Origin: Octopus vulgaris | Lineage: Eukaryota | DNA: 64,000 bases | Assembly (NCBI GenBank): GCA_951406725.2 | Contig: OX597821.1 | Location: 70,742,001 to 70,806,000, forward strand | Direction: 5' to 3' | Part shown: piece by piece, positions 26,271 through 37,906 of the stretch | How positions within the stretch are numbered: the first letter of the stretch is position 1 | How the letters are laid out: every line of letters begins with the position of its first letter | The notes under the pieces: generated by a model | The model's input: only the letters and a program-made list of their open reading frames with translations | Database searches by the model: none | Told to the model about the DNA's origin: nothing | Position numbers and translations under genes: made by a program

Positions 26271-27241
26271 ACAATTGCAGCGTGGGAGGTGTTTATAAGC
26301 CATTTAAGAAACACACAAAAGCCGTTCGATTCACTCCAACATTTAAGTTTAATTTGTCAAAATATTTTCGTCGCTAAAATCCGCGACCTGTTCACTGACA
26401 AAGTCCGTGCTGCATCTAAGAAAGTAACAGTTAGTTCGTCATATATATGTATGTACGTATGTATGTGTGTATGTATGCATACATGTGTGTATGTATGTAC
26501 GTATTCATGTCCGCACATACGCCTGTGTATGCATGTATGTATGTATGTATGTATATATGTATGTGTGTGTATAAGCACGCACATACACTCTATAAAACAT
26601 AAAGTTATAAACCTGTAGCGATGGATGGATGTAGAGTGACCACTCATCACAACGCTATCAAATTTCAACTCCCTACGGCCGAGGCTAGAAAGTGAATTTA
26701 TGACGCTTGCTCACAAGAACTATACCCTAAAATCTATTATCAGATTTTTATCTCTATATCACAGAACTAATGTTTTACTATTGTTCGTATGTATGTATGT
26801 ATGTGCGTATGTATGTATGTATGTATGTATGTATGTATGTATGTATGTATGTATGTATGTATGTATGTACATACGTACGCATGTGCGTATGTATGTATAC
26901 GCGCCCGTATGCATGTGCCCATGTATGTGTGTGTGTACATGTACGTGCGTATGTACGTGTGTATGCCCATACGTAGGTATGTATGTATGTTTGTATTCAT
27001 GTGCTACGTATGTATGTGAGTGTCTAGGAGAATGGGCAGATGTGTCCGTGAGAGTGTGTACATGTGTATGTGTATGTGAACGTATGTCCGTGTACTGGCA
27101 TGTGTCCGTCCAAGTTGTGTACATGACTGTTACTTAGCTGAAGGTTGTATACATATTTACATATATGTTTGTATAGACGCACACACATATATATATATGT
27201 GTGTGGGTGTGTGTTTGTTCCTCTCATCGTCGTCTAACCGT
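26271..27241. repeat. Left arm (971 bp) of long inverted repeat = 3' pLTR
   Basis: Reverse complement of 29414-30380; mirrored ORF-track peptides; 4-bp length difference consistent with one (TATG) unit. Confidence 0.95.
26353..26402 (-). ncRNA. Minimal hammerhead ribozyme, G3:C8 core variant (sense to the PLE ORF)
   Basis: TTTGTCA-GTGAACA-G-GTCGC ggatttta GCGAC-GAA-AATATT-T-TGACAAA: 7-bp stem I, 5-bp stem II, palindromic stem III. Confidence 0.8.
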
Positions 27242-27373
27242 GAATGGGTACAACGCCTAGGTGCGACTGTTCGTATCAAACAACGTCTGCTCATACCGTT
27301 GTATATAACTGCACATACGCATTGCAACCTGTATGTAAGGACTACAGGTGAAAGGGAGAGAGAGAGAGGGTGG

Positions 27374-29458
27374 TTATAGAATAGTCCTTCTGAATGGGAT
27401 CTGGATGTTATTCCATTCGGACTTTCGGTTGAGAGTAGGTTTGTATTCTTGTATACAAACAGCTTCTGTGACCTGTCTCAACATTGCATCGGTGGGATGT
27501 GTAGATAGGATGTTCAACTTAAGCTCCCCTAAGGATCCCTTGTGGCAGTCTACAGCATGTTGGTAGAAGATGGAGTTTGGCTTCCTTTCAATGTAGTTGT
27601 CCAGGTGTTCTTTGAACCTATCATTGATGCTTCTAGAGGTCTCACCTATGTATGACTCCGGGTTAGCCGCGCAAGCTCCCTCCTGGCACTTAATCTGGTA
27701 TACAGTGCCCTTGGTTTTACAATTTACGTGTGGATTTGTCGAACACACTGCACAATTACTCTGACAGGTGATTCTATCAAATGGATATGATCTGCATAAT
27801 GCCGATTTGATAGTCCTACCTGTCTTTTCTACAACTTTAACTTTTAGGCCCGTAGTGCGCAGGACTTTCTTGAATGCCTTACTTAGCTCGTTCATAGGTG
27901 TGGCGTCAACGAACATCACTCCGTGAAATCTCCTGTTATCGTACCAAGTAACGTTTCTCATCTTTTTGTTGGTGTCCCTCTCTAACCTATTCCAGAACTT
28001 GTTGCGGTACAGGGGGCATATACCGTTTTCGTCGTTCCCTAGAATGCGTTCGAATCTAGCTTTCGCTCCTTTGTACACCCTGACTCTATCGTCTTGTGTG
28101 TATCCGGAACGTTGCATTCGGAATATGTAGTGCTGGATGTGTTGTTGTCGTTCTTGTGGTTGGCATAGTGGTGATACATTCCTCATTACTCTAACTAAGT
28201 CTGCCACTAGGATGTTGAGTTTGGCAGTATCCGACACAGCTGAGTCACTACGGATTACTAGTGGATTAGCCATCGGTTTCTGATAGTGTGAGTGGAGTAT
28301 ACATGGTTTAATGGTACCATTAACTATAGCGTCTTCCATCCATAGCTCAGTATCTAGGACGGGTAATCGTTTACTGGGGTGTCTAGAGGGGTAGTCTATG
28401 GTAAGTTTTATACTGCTGTGGATAGAGTCAGCTATGTGTTGTATAGATGTCATCACCTGTTCTTCACTTGGTAGAGGGCCCATAACTGTGTCTGTATTAC
28501 ATTTCACAACAAGGTTAATGTCGTCGACGTAACGAGAGTACATAGCCAAGTGGATGTTACGGTTTGCTAGGCACTGTTTAAAACGCTTGTCCCACCATAC
28601 CATGAAGAGGTTAGCAACGTCACCGGCGATCCCCACTCCAATAGCACCGCCTTTCGTTTGCTTATACAGTTTGTTGTCAAATTTAAAAATATGTGTTTTT
28701 AGCGTAAATCTCAGGCTGACACCGATGGCATGTGCGATGGTGGTTCTAATATCGTGTGCACTTGAGGGTGGGTAGTCCGGCTTTGTCCATCCCTGCCAAC
28801 GCTCACAGTGAGTCTTCCTGTAAGCCGAGGTAATGGTAGGTGGTCTACCGCGTTTGTTACGGGTGGGACAAGCATATAGAAGGTTATTGCGCGACAGGTA
28901 TTCATTGGTACACGTCAGGGCCAGGAAGAGCCCTAGTTCATATACATCCACATTCTTAAATATCATACCACTCTCACTAACTATTTCTATACATTTATCG
29001 ACAGCAAAGTCTATATCGATGGAGGGGTATAGTGATACCACATCCATGCTACCCACGATGTGGTTCTTGAGGTCACACGTGTTGTTGCATTCGCGGATCC
29101 TGCTAAGGAGGTCCTCAGTACTGTCACATACATCTGCAGATAGTTCTATTAACGGTCGTAGGAATTGTGAGAGAAAGTATGATATTTTGTGGTTGTTTGC
29201 ATTGTTGGCACCACAAACGGGTCGGGTGGGTGGCCCAAGTATATTGTCCGTGTGGCTCTTGTGATCTTTGCGAAGGCCATATAGGGGTGGGATTTCGTTG
29301 TTGGTGGTTAAGAAGTTGTTAGCTGTGCGCTTCTCCGACTGGAGAATTATACTCCACATCCCCATGTGAGCATTGACGATCTTTTCGTTCTCGATATATT
29401 CGAGTGTTAGACGACGGTTAGACGACGATGAGAGGAACAAACACACACCCACACACAT
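27374..29458 (-). CDS. PLE reverse transcriptase + C-terminal GIY-YIG endonuclease (694 aa; first ~15 aa come from the inverted arm)
   Basis: PPLYGLRKDHK, RPVCG, MDVVSLYPSI, GGAIGVGIAGDVANLFM, RYVDD, LPVLD; Cys linker CQSNCAVC; GTVYQIKC..C...YIGETSRSINDRFKEH...H...E..PTLN. Confidence 0.93.
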   Translation of the reverse strand: MCVGVCLFLSSSSNRRLTLEYIENEKIVNAHMGMWSIILQSEKRTANNFLTTNNEIPPLYGLRKDHKSHTDNILGPPTRPVCGANNANNHKISYFLSQFLRPLIELSADVCDSTEDLLSRIRECNNTCDLKNHIVGSMDVVSLYPSIDIDFAVDKCIEIVSESGMIFKNVDVYELGLFLALTCTNEYLSRNNLLYACPTRNKRGRPPTITSAYRKTHCERWQGWTKPDYPPSSAHDIRTTIAHAIGVSLRFTLKTHIFKFDNKLYKQTKGGAIGVGIAGDVANLFMVWWDKRFKQCLANRNIHLAMYSRYVDDINLVVKCNTDTVMGPLPSEEQVMTSIQHIADSIHSSIKLTIDYPSRHPSKRLPVLDTELWMEDAIVNGTIKPCILHSHYQKPMANPLVIRSDSAVSDTAKLNILVADLVRVMRNVSPLCQPQERQQHIQHYIFRMQRSGYTQDDRVRVYKGAKARFERILGNDENGICPLYRNKFWNRLERDTNKKMRNVTWYDNRRFHGVMFVDATPMNELSKAFKKVLRTTGLKVKVVEKTGRTIKSALCRSYPFDRITCQSNCAVCSTNPHVNCKTKGTVYQIKCQEGACAANPESYIGETSRSINDRFKEHLDNYIERKPNSIFYQHAVDCHKGSLGELKLNILSTHPTDAMLRQVTEAVCIQEYKPTLNRKSEWNNIQIPFRRTIL

Positions 29459-30375
29459 ATATATATATGTGTGTGCGTCTATACAAACATATATGTAAAT
29501 ATGTATACAACCTTCAGCTAAGTAACAGTCATGTACACAACTTGGACGGACACATGCCAGTACACGGACATACGTTCACATACACATACACATGTACACA
29601 CTCTCACGGACACATCTGCCCATTCTCCTAGACACTCACATACATACGTAGCACATGAATACAAACATACATACATACCTACGTATGGGCATACACACGT
29701 ACATACGCACGTACATGTACACACACACATACATGGGCACATGCATACGGGCGCGTATACATACATACGCACATGCGTACGTATGTACATACATACATAC
29801 ATACATACATACATACATACATACATACATACATACATACATACGCACATACATACATACATACGAACAATAGTAAAACATTAGTTCTGTGATATAGAGA
29901 TAAAAATCTGATAATAGATTTTAGGGTATAGTTCTTGTGAGCAAGCGTCATAAATTCACTTTCTAGCCTCGGCCGTAGGGAGTTGAAATTTGATAGCGTT
30001 GTGATGAGTGGTCACTCTACATCCATCCATCGCTACAGGTTTATAACTTTATGTTTTATAGAGTGTATGTGCGTGCTTATACACACACATACATATATAC
30101 ATACATACATACATACATGCATACACAGGCGTATGTGCGGACATGAATACGTACATACATACACACATGTATGCATACATACACACATACATACGTACAT
30201 ACATATATATGACGAACTAACTGTTACTTTCTTAGATGCAGCACGGACTTTGTCAGTGAACAGGTCGCGGATTTTAGCGACGAAAATATTTTGACAAATT
30301 AAACTTAAATGTTGGAGTGAATCGAACGGCTTTTGTGTGTTTCTTAAATGGCTTATAAACACCTCCCACGCTGCA

Positions 30376-30380
<5 letters not shown>
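29414..30380. repeat. Right arm (967 bp) of long inverted repeat = inverted 5' pLTR
   Basis: Reverse complement of 26271-27241. Confidence 0.95.
30249..30298 (+). ncRNA. G3:C8 hammerhead, second copy (antisense to the ORF)
   Basis: Identical to 26353-26402 in the opposite orientation. Confidence 0.8.
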
Positions 30381-30435
<55 letters not shown>

Positions 30436-30610
30436 TATATACATATATATACATATATATACATATATATATACATATATATATACATATATATATATAT
30501 ATACATACATACATACATGCATGCATACATATACACACATACATACATAGATACATACATAATACATACATACATACATACATACATACATACATACATA
30601 CATACATACA

Positions 30611-30646
<36 letters not shown>

Positions 30647-30654
30647 TATATATA

Positions 30655-30842
30655 GTTAATAAAAAACTAGAATAAAGCAACAACGCGAGAACGTAATACG
30701 TGCAAAGTATTAGCAGACACTCAGGGAAGGAAAGAAAAGGAGTTTTACGTTTCGAACAAAGCTCTTCGTCAGAAACAAGAGACAAAAAAGGAAGACGGAA
30801 GAAAAAAAATTGTCAACGATCCACAATGAGTTTCATTTTGAA

Positions 30843-30845
<3 letters not shown>
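30655..30845 (-). mobile_element. HHR family H1 element with canonical core
   Basis: 30742-30776 minus: GTTT-CTGACGA-A-GAGC ttt GTTC-GAAACGT-A-AAAC; (TA)n flanks. Confidence 0.8.
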
Positions 30846-30888
<43 letters not shown>

Positions 30889-30894
30889 TGCATA

Positions 30895-31715
30895 CAGAGT
30901 GCGGTGAATAAACTGCCGTCTAAATGACGCAAAACGGAAAACAACACTGACATCTCATTTTAACAAATATCTTGAAATACTAAAGAGTAAATTTATTCAA
31001 TAAAATCGCCATTGACTCCAACCACGGCCTCGAGACAACTCTTCCGTACGCTCTCCTTGTTTAAGTTGGTGAATATTGCCATAAACCTTGCTTTCAGTTC
31101 ATCTTTGGTGTTGCAAGGAGTTTCGTTGGTCTCTCGTTCAACTGTACCCCACACATAATAATCAAGGAAGTTGCAGTGTGGGGAGTTAGGTGGCCAGATG
31201 TTAGGGGTGATGTGGTCGCAGAAATTATCTGACAGCCATAAATTGTGTTTTCCTGTTTGAGTGGCATGGTGCAGAGTCCTATTGCCAGACATAGGGTCTT
31301 ACAGCAGCCACCCTTTTGACCCAGGGCAGCGCTACCTCCTCAAGGCACTTGATGTAGGCCTCCAAGTTGAGTCTAAAGCTGTGTGGAAGATGAATGGAGG
31401 CATAACGTCGCCATCACTAGTAACCACTAGAAACAGCATGATGTTGACTGGATGTTTGATTTTTATCACTCTCGGTACATGTTTTGGGTACTCAGATTGA
31501 CTCTCAAACACACTGAAATATTCGTATTGGAGCTGACGGCACGAATGCTAAGCAGTACAGCATTTCTGGCAGTGTGAATTGCGTCATGGTGCTGGTTTTC
31601 TCACAGACGGTGCCCAACTGACCCTACTATACAGTGTAGTCGACGACAAAATCAAAAGGAAATAATGCACGAAATTATAAATATAAAATGGCAACAATTT
31701 ACCCATCGCTTCCTG
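30895..31715 (-). mobile_element. Internally deleted Tc1/mariner-superfamily transposon (maT/rosa-like motif)
   Basis: WPPNSPHCNFLDYYVWG motif; imperfect TIRs TA|CAGAGTGCGGTGAATAAACTG and CAATTTACCCATCGCTTCCTG|TA. Confidence 0.75.
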
Positions 31716-31795
31716 TATATAGGTCAGTAGTCACATAGAGGTGCTGCATTACTTCCCGTGCAACTGTAGGCCTGACTATCGGGCCATACTTCTGT

Positions 31796-31877
<82 letters not shown>

Positions 31878-32419
31878 ACATACATACATATATACATATT
31901 GGGGCCCTGAGATGTGTAACACACTGCCTAAATACCAATTTTGAGAAATTAGGCTTCTCAAAACCAGAAAGGAGAAAGCTAATTCGAAGACTACAAATTC
32001 ATTCTATCATTGTAAAGTTTTTCATTTGAATATATATGAGCATGTCTAGATATGCAGCGATATGTATGAGAATACATACATGAAACATATAAATCTGCAC
32101 ATACATACATACATACGTACACACATACATACATACATACATACATACATACATACATACATACATACATACATACATACATACATACATACATACATAC
32201 ATACATACATACATACATGATGGTTGCCAACTCGATTTCGAGTAGAGCCATTGCCCGATTTCTTTATGCCCCAGAATACCATCGTTGAGCTGCACGAATA
32301 TGGCTTTTGAGGCCTACCAAAGACTTGCATGCTTGTTGACAAGAAAACTTGGTGATCGTATAGTTTACAGCTCCGTGAACCTTATTTTCAAGCCACTTTT
32401 TGATCTGCATACTTTATAG

Positions 32420-33152
32420 CAGAGAATGCATTCGAAATCCTCTCTCCGTCTATAATCGATGTGCGGTTGTGCAATATGTGGTTTCAAATGGCTCTTTAGC
32501 CCAGCCTTCCTAAGACAAATCTTTCCACATTCATCTCAAGTTCATTAATGCTTGTTAGAACATCATTCCTGTCATTTTTTCTCATCTTTCTTTTGATCTT
32601 TGTGTGCTCCATTCTCTTCCTTTCAAATTCATTTTTACCTTCATACACAACTTTTTCCCCTTTTTCTCGGTAATGAGCTAAATATTCCCAGTTGTCAATT
32701 GTAACATTTATCGTATCCAATCCCGACTTCAGACAATCTGTGTACCTCATCTTTGGTTTGTCGGATGGACGCTTATCTGTCGCCAATTCTCCGTAAAAGA
32801 AGTTGTTTAGGCATTCTGTTGTCTGTCATTCTGACTCCACTCCATCTCAATCTGTACTGCAATAGCAAAGCTTCAATACTGAACCATTTCCCTCTTTCAG
32901 ACACCTCATCGTCACTCACAAATGTTATCCAGCTGATCCGCAAAATCCTTCTTAGACATTGTTGGTGGAAACGTTCCATAAGTTTTAAGTGTTTACGATA
33001 CACAGTCCAGGTTTCGCAAGCATACAATAAAGACGTATACCTTAATCTTTGTCGCAGTGGAAACGCCATGTCTAAACCATAGGCGGTCTTCCAGTTTGCC
33101 AAAAGCAAAACTGACTTTCTGAATGCGTAGTGACACTTCATCATCAAGATTC
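32420..33152 (-). pseudogene. RTE-clade LINE 3' fragment (RT C-terminus)
   Basis: LDDEVSLRIQKVSFAFGKL..RLW; LLYACETWTVYRKHLKLMERFHQQCLRRILRISW; LRWSG.VRMTDNRMPKQLL; frameshifted. Confidence 0.88.
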
Positions 33153-33945
33153 GATAAATACATACATACATGCATACATACCTACATACATACATACATA
33201 CATATATGCATGCATACATGCATACATACCTACATACATACATACATATATGCATGTATACATACATACATAAATACTTACATACATGCATACATACCTA
33301 CAAACATACATACATACATACATACCTACCTACCTACATACATACATACATACATACACACATACATACATATATACATACATACATTCATACATATATG
33401 TATGCATACATACATACATACTTTCATACATACATACATATATGCATGCATATATACAGACATACAATCAAACAAAAATACTGATGTTGAAATTCCAAAG
33501 AACCTTGGATCTAGGTTAGAAACCGGTTCTTTCTCTATTGGCAAGAAATATTGAAATATAACTGAAAAATGACATACATACATATATACATATGTATATG
33601 TGTGTATGTGTGTGTTGTTCGGTGTGTCTACATGTGCAAAAACGTACCTGCACACCAGGATCTGTACACGCTGTAGTATACATCGGTGTGCAGGTATATG
33701 CATGTGCGAAAGTTCCGTGCGTGTGTATATCTCGATCGCTGCAACTGAGTCTCTTATGTTTATATTTGTATATGTACACGCGGTTCTGTGCATATGAATG
33801 GGTGGCTTCGTTGGGTTAATTCATATACTTTCTTAATGTGGATCTATGCCTACGATTCTGTGTGTTTGTCTATATATATGTGTGTGTTTGTGAGTGTATG
33901 CGTATATACATATGTATATATATGTCTATCTATCTATCTATCTGT

Positions 33946-33981
<36 letters not shown>

Positions 33982-33987
<6 letters not shown>

Positions 33988-34194
33988 TAATCCAAACAAG
34001 AAAACACAAAAAAAATACAACAACGCGAGGAGGTGGAACAAACATAGTATTATTGGACGCTCAAGAAAGAAGGGAAGAAGGAAGATTTAACGTATCGAGC
34101 GGAGCTCATCGTCGGAAACATAGGAGAAGGAAAGATCCAGAGAAGGGAAGACAGAGGAAAAAAAACCCAACGGTACACACGAGGTCACATTTTG

Positions 34195-34197
<3 letters not shown>
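33982..34197 (-). mobile_element. HHR family H1 element, ribozyme decayed
   Basis: Reverse-complement homologue of 25556-25763; 34084-34119 has GATA in place of GAAA; (TA)n on both sides. Confidence 0.8.
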
Positions 34198-34286
<89 letters not shown>

Positions 34287-35024
34287 TGTATGTATGTATG
34301 TATACACACACACACATACACTCATATATGCACCTCGCCGTATGCATAGTTTTATATGCGAGCTGTAAACCTCTATTTATGGACATGGGTCTCTAAAAAA
34401 CTTACACCTGCACACAAATATGGCCACAAACTTGGACCTGTATTTCATGAGTTCTGTTTTCCTTCTTTTGTTTAAAAATTATCTTTGGACACGCACTCAC
34501 TGGCATGTGTCTGTGAGGCAGATATGTGTGTGTGCGTGTGTGTGTGTATACACGCGCGTGTATGTATGAATATTCATCTATATTTATTTATATACATTCA
34601 TGCATTTATATTTCTATATATGTGTGTGCATGCACACACACGTGCGTATAGCATGTGCCTATGTGAGTGTGGGTGAGTGTGAGTGAGTGTCAGTGCGTGC
34701 GAATGTGTTTGTGAATGTGTGCGTGTATGTGTGTGTGAGTGCGTGTATGCAAAAACGTTGTCATCGCCACTGTTGTAGTTTTTGTCGCCGTCGTCATCAT
34801 ATCGAGAAGGTTGTGGTCAATGATGCTGCTGCTGTTTTTGTTGCTGTTGTTACTGTTGTTACTCTCTCCTCCTCTTCCTCCTTCTTCTTCTTCATCTCTT
34901 CCCCCTCCTGCTTCTCCACATCCTCGTTCTGTTTATTGTTATTTAACACCGTTACATTCACGCTTCACACCTCAACTCAGCATCACTCTCTTTCTCTCTT
35001 TCTTTCTCTCTTTCTCTCTCTCTT

Positions 35025-35067
<43 letters not shown>

Positions 35068-35207
35068 ACTCTTCTCACATTTGAACCCCCCACCGAACGG
35101 CTTTGGTGACGCAGATCACAAATCGATTTCCGCTCCAGCATTCTATTAAGTTGTTATCCTCCTTCATTCGTGTAATTAGTGAAGTGTCATTCATCATCGC
35201 AACCTTG

Positions 35208-35238
<31 letters not shown>

Positions 35239-35485
35239 ATTTTAAGATTTGAAATAAATGGGAAGACAGACTGGAGGCAAATTATCGCCAGTAATGAAAC
35301 AATCCTGCAAACGTCTCTTCAAACTTCAGTCTTCTTTCGAACGAAGTCTTTTCGATGGAGTTCCTGCGTAGTCTTTAAACAAGTTAGAAATAGCAGCGAA
35401 ACCTCCTTCAAACTATGCCAAATTCTCTTAAGAAAGGACAGGTTACATCATGTTCTCCTGGCTTCTCTACGTATAGGGAAAATGC

Positions 35486-35669
35486 GTTGGTCACTGCTGG
35501 AAGGCTTTTTATCAGTGTTGGTCACTGCTGGAAGGCTTTTGATCAGTGTTGGTCACTGCTGGAAGGCTTTTGATCAGTGTTGGTCACTGCTGGAAGGCTT
35601 TTGATCAGTGTTGGTCACTGCTGGAAGGCTTTTGATCAGTGCTGGTCACTGCTGGAAGGCTTTTGATCA
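35486..35669. repeat. 31-bp minisatellite, ~6 copies
   Basis: Unit GTTGGTCACTGCTGGAAGGCTTTTGATCAGT at 35486, 35517, 35548, 35579, 35610, 35641; no spacers. Confidence 0.95.
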
Positions 35670-36847
35670 CGTGTTTAAATTATCAGGATTGATGATCTGT
35701 AGATTAACAACGACGATGACAAAAACGCTTCTTCCAACGAGAAAGTGTGAGTGGAGCCCCTATGAGATTATTGGGCATGCTAGAAATAGCAGTGAAATGA
35801 CATGAATTCATATCTCTCTGCCTTAAACAGAAGCAAGTTTTCTATAATCCTACATATCTAGGGATTGAGACATTTGGAATGTCTTTAATTATAAGTCTCT
35901 ATCAGAAAAGAAGTGCAAAGGTACCAATTAATAACAAAAAAAAATTTCTATAGTCAATAACTAAAAACATAATAATAACAAAATAAGTCTTATTCCAACG
36001 AAATATCAGAAGGCAGTCTCTCTGTGCAAACGATTTTGTCACCAAATTTAATAACATTAAAAGGAACTGGAACAGCAAATATACAAAAGAAAAATATATA
36101 AAAATATATAAAAACACTTGTTCACAAATTTTGGAGAAAATAAAGAAAGCAACAATAAGAAACAATAACAACAAAAACAAAGACAAAACGAAACCTAAAT
36201 GACAAATCTAATTAGAAGAGAATAATTGCCGACAATATCAGAATGAATTGAATATAAATACTGAATAACAGCCGCCATATTAAAGACTGCTTTGGTGGGC
36301 GGGGGGAAGTAGATTGTGCTGACTTGTTAAATTCTTATTAATTAACGGTCTCTTTCGAAAATTAGAAATCGCTAATTATTTTGGGGCTTGAAAATGTATG
36401 TTTATAAGTATTTTGATATCAACGCAAACATGAAATTCGGAGAATATATAAAAATGCTCACGTGCACGCACACATGCACTCATATATATATATATATACA
36501 CATACATATGAATATATATGCGTGTGAACACAGAGAACGTAAGCAATATTTCATGCTTTTCATGCTTTATATAATATACACGAGTTTCAACAAGGCGACT
36601 GCCGTTATTACATTACCTGGTTTTCCATATTGCTCAATTCAATACAGTCAATACATTTCATCAACGTTATCAGGAAAAATACATGCACACATATACACAC
36701 ACATATACGTCCAAATATATTGTTAATTATCGAAATTACTAGGATGATCCGGTTCTTGACTGAAGATTCAAGGCTTCGAATGTTTTGTCCGTGTTTTTTG
36801 TATCGTCTTCTAAATGTTTTACGTTCTTGTCCCAGTTTGTACTTTTC

Positions 36848-36919
<72 letters not shown>

Positions 36920-37906
36920 TAAATAAATAAAACATATGCATATATACATACATATATGTACGTACCTACCTCTACATGTATATATACATGCATATATGGG
37001 TACAGGACACCAAAAAACGTTGAACGCAATGAGAAACGAAAACATAAACACAAAACCAAAGAAGTGGACATTTTTCTTAAACAACGAAAAAATAGAGTAC
37101 AGGACATACAAAACAAGGAAAATTCCCCTTCTTCAGTCGCCTTTGTTTCATCTACTTCACGTTTCGAAGGTCAAGGCGATACATGACTTTAATGAAACAA
37201 TCCTTCCCGCGAAAATCAAATTAAATAAAATTTGAGACTTTTTTGCGAAGGGGTAAAATAGTAACAAAAACAGGACAGTAACGACAGTACAAAATATAAA
37301 CAGTAAAAGACAGGACAAGGAGAATAACAGTATCACAAACAAGAAGGGCTGTTAAGTCGAACGAGATAAAAAATTTTACGAACGCTATTTTTTTAGAACG
37401 GTGAGGGAGCAACAGATGTGCCGTCTCTACTTGAAGGTAGCCAGGAAAAGAAAGACAGTAGCAGAGTTCTCGTCGCGGGTCAACTACGGGACGGAGGAGG
37501 AGGAGGAGTAAGAGAAAGGGAGAGAAAAAAGGGAATGGTTGTAGAGAAAAGAATGAAGAATGAGAGAGAGAGAGAGAGGGGGGAGACAGTAAGGTAGAAG
37601 AAAAGGAAAGCCAAAAGAATGAAGGCTAGTAAGGGAGGGGGAGAGAAAGGTTAAGAGTGCGCATCATTATTAATATTAAGAACATATATATATATGAGTG
37701 CATGTGTGCGTGCACGTGAGCATTTTATATATTCTCCGTGTTTCTTGTTTTTGATCCTAATATGATCCTAATATCACCATAAACTTTATTATACAAACTT
37801 TGTGTGACTTTTACATTTCTTTTCTTTCTTATATACCTATCCCACATGTATACAGAACTTTCCATTCTTCACTATATATATATATTTACATATAGACATA
37901 CGTATT

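Larger units (their letters stand above)
26215..30380 (-). mobile_element. Penelope-like retroelement, 5'-truncated, with inverted pseudo-LTRs, inserted in (TA)n
   Basis: Inverted repeats 26271-27241 and 29414-30380 enclose an RT-GIY-YIG ORF; unique 56-nt tail 26215-26270; (TA)n on both sides. Confidence 0.93.

Noticed and set aside
26271-30380. DNA transposon (Foldback/Polinton) or DIRS element with long TIRs
   Set aside because: The enclosed ORF is PLE RT + GIY-YIG with no transposase, integrase or tyrosine recombinase, and the termini are asymmetric
25556-30845. Inverted H1 copies as outer termini of the 26-30 kb PLE
   Set aside because: The two H1 copies are clearly diverged while the PLE arms are near-identical; independent insertions of an abundant family are more likely
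35486-35669. CRISPR-like array
   Set aside because: Contiguous 31-bp units with no spacers, no cas genes, eukaryotic context
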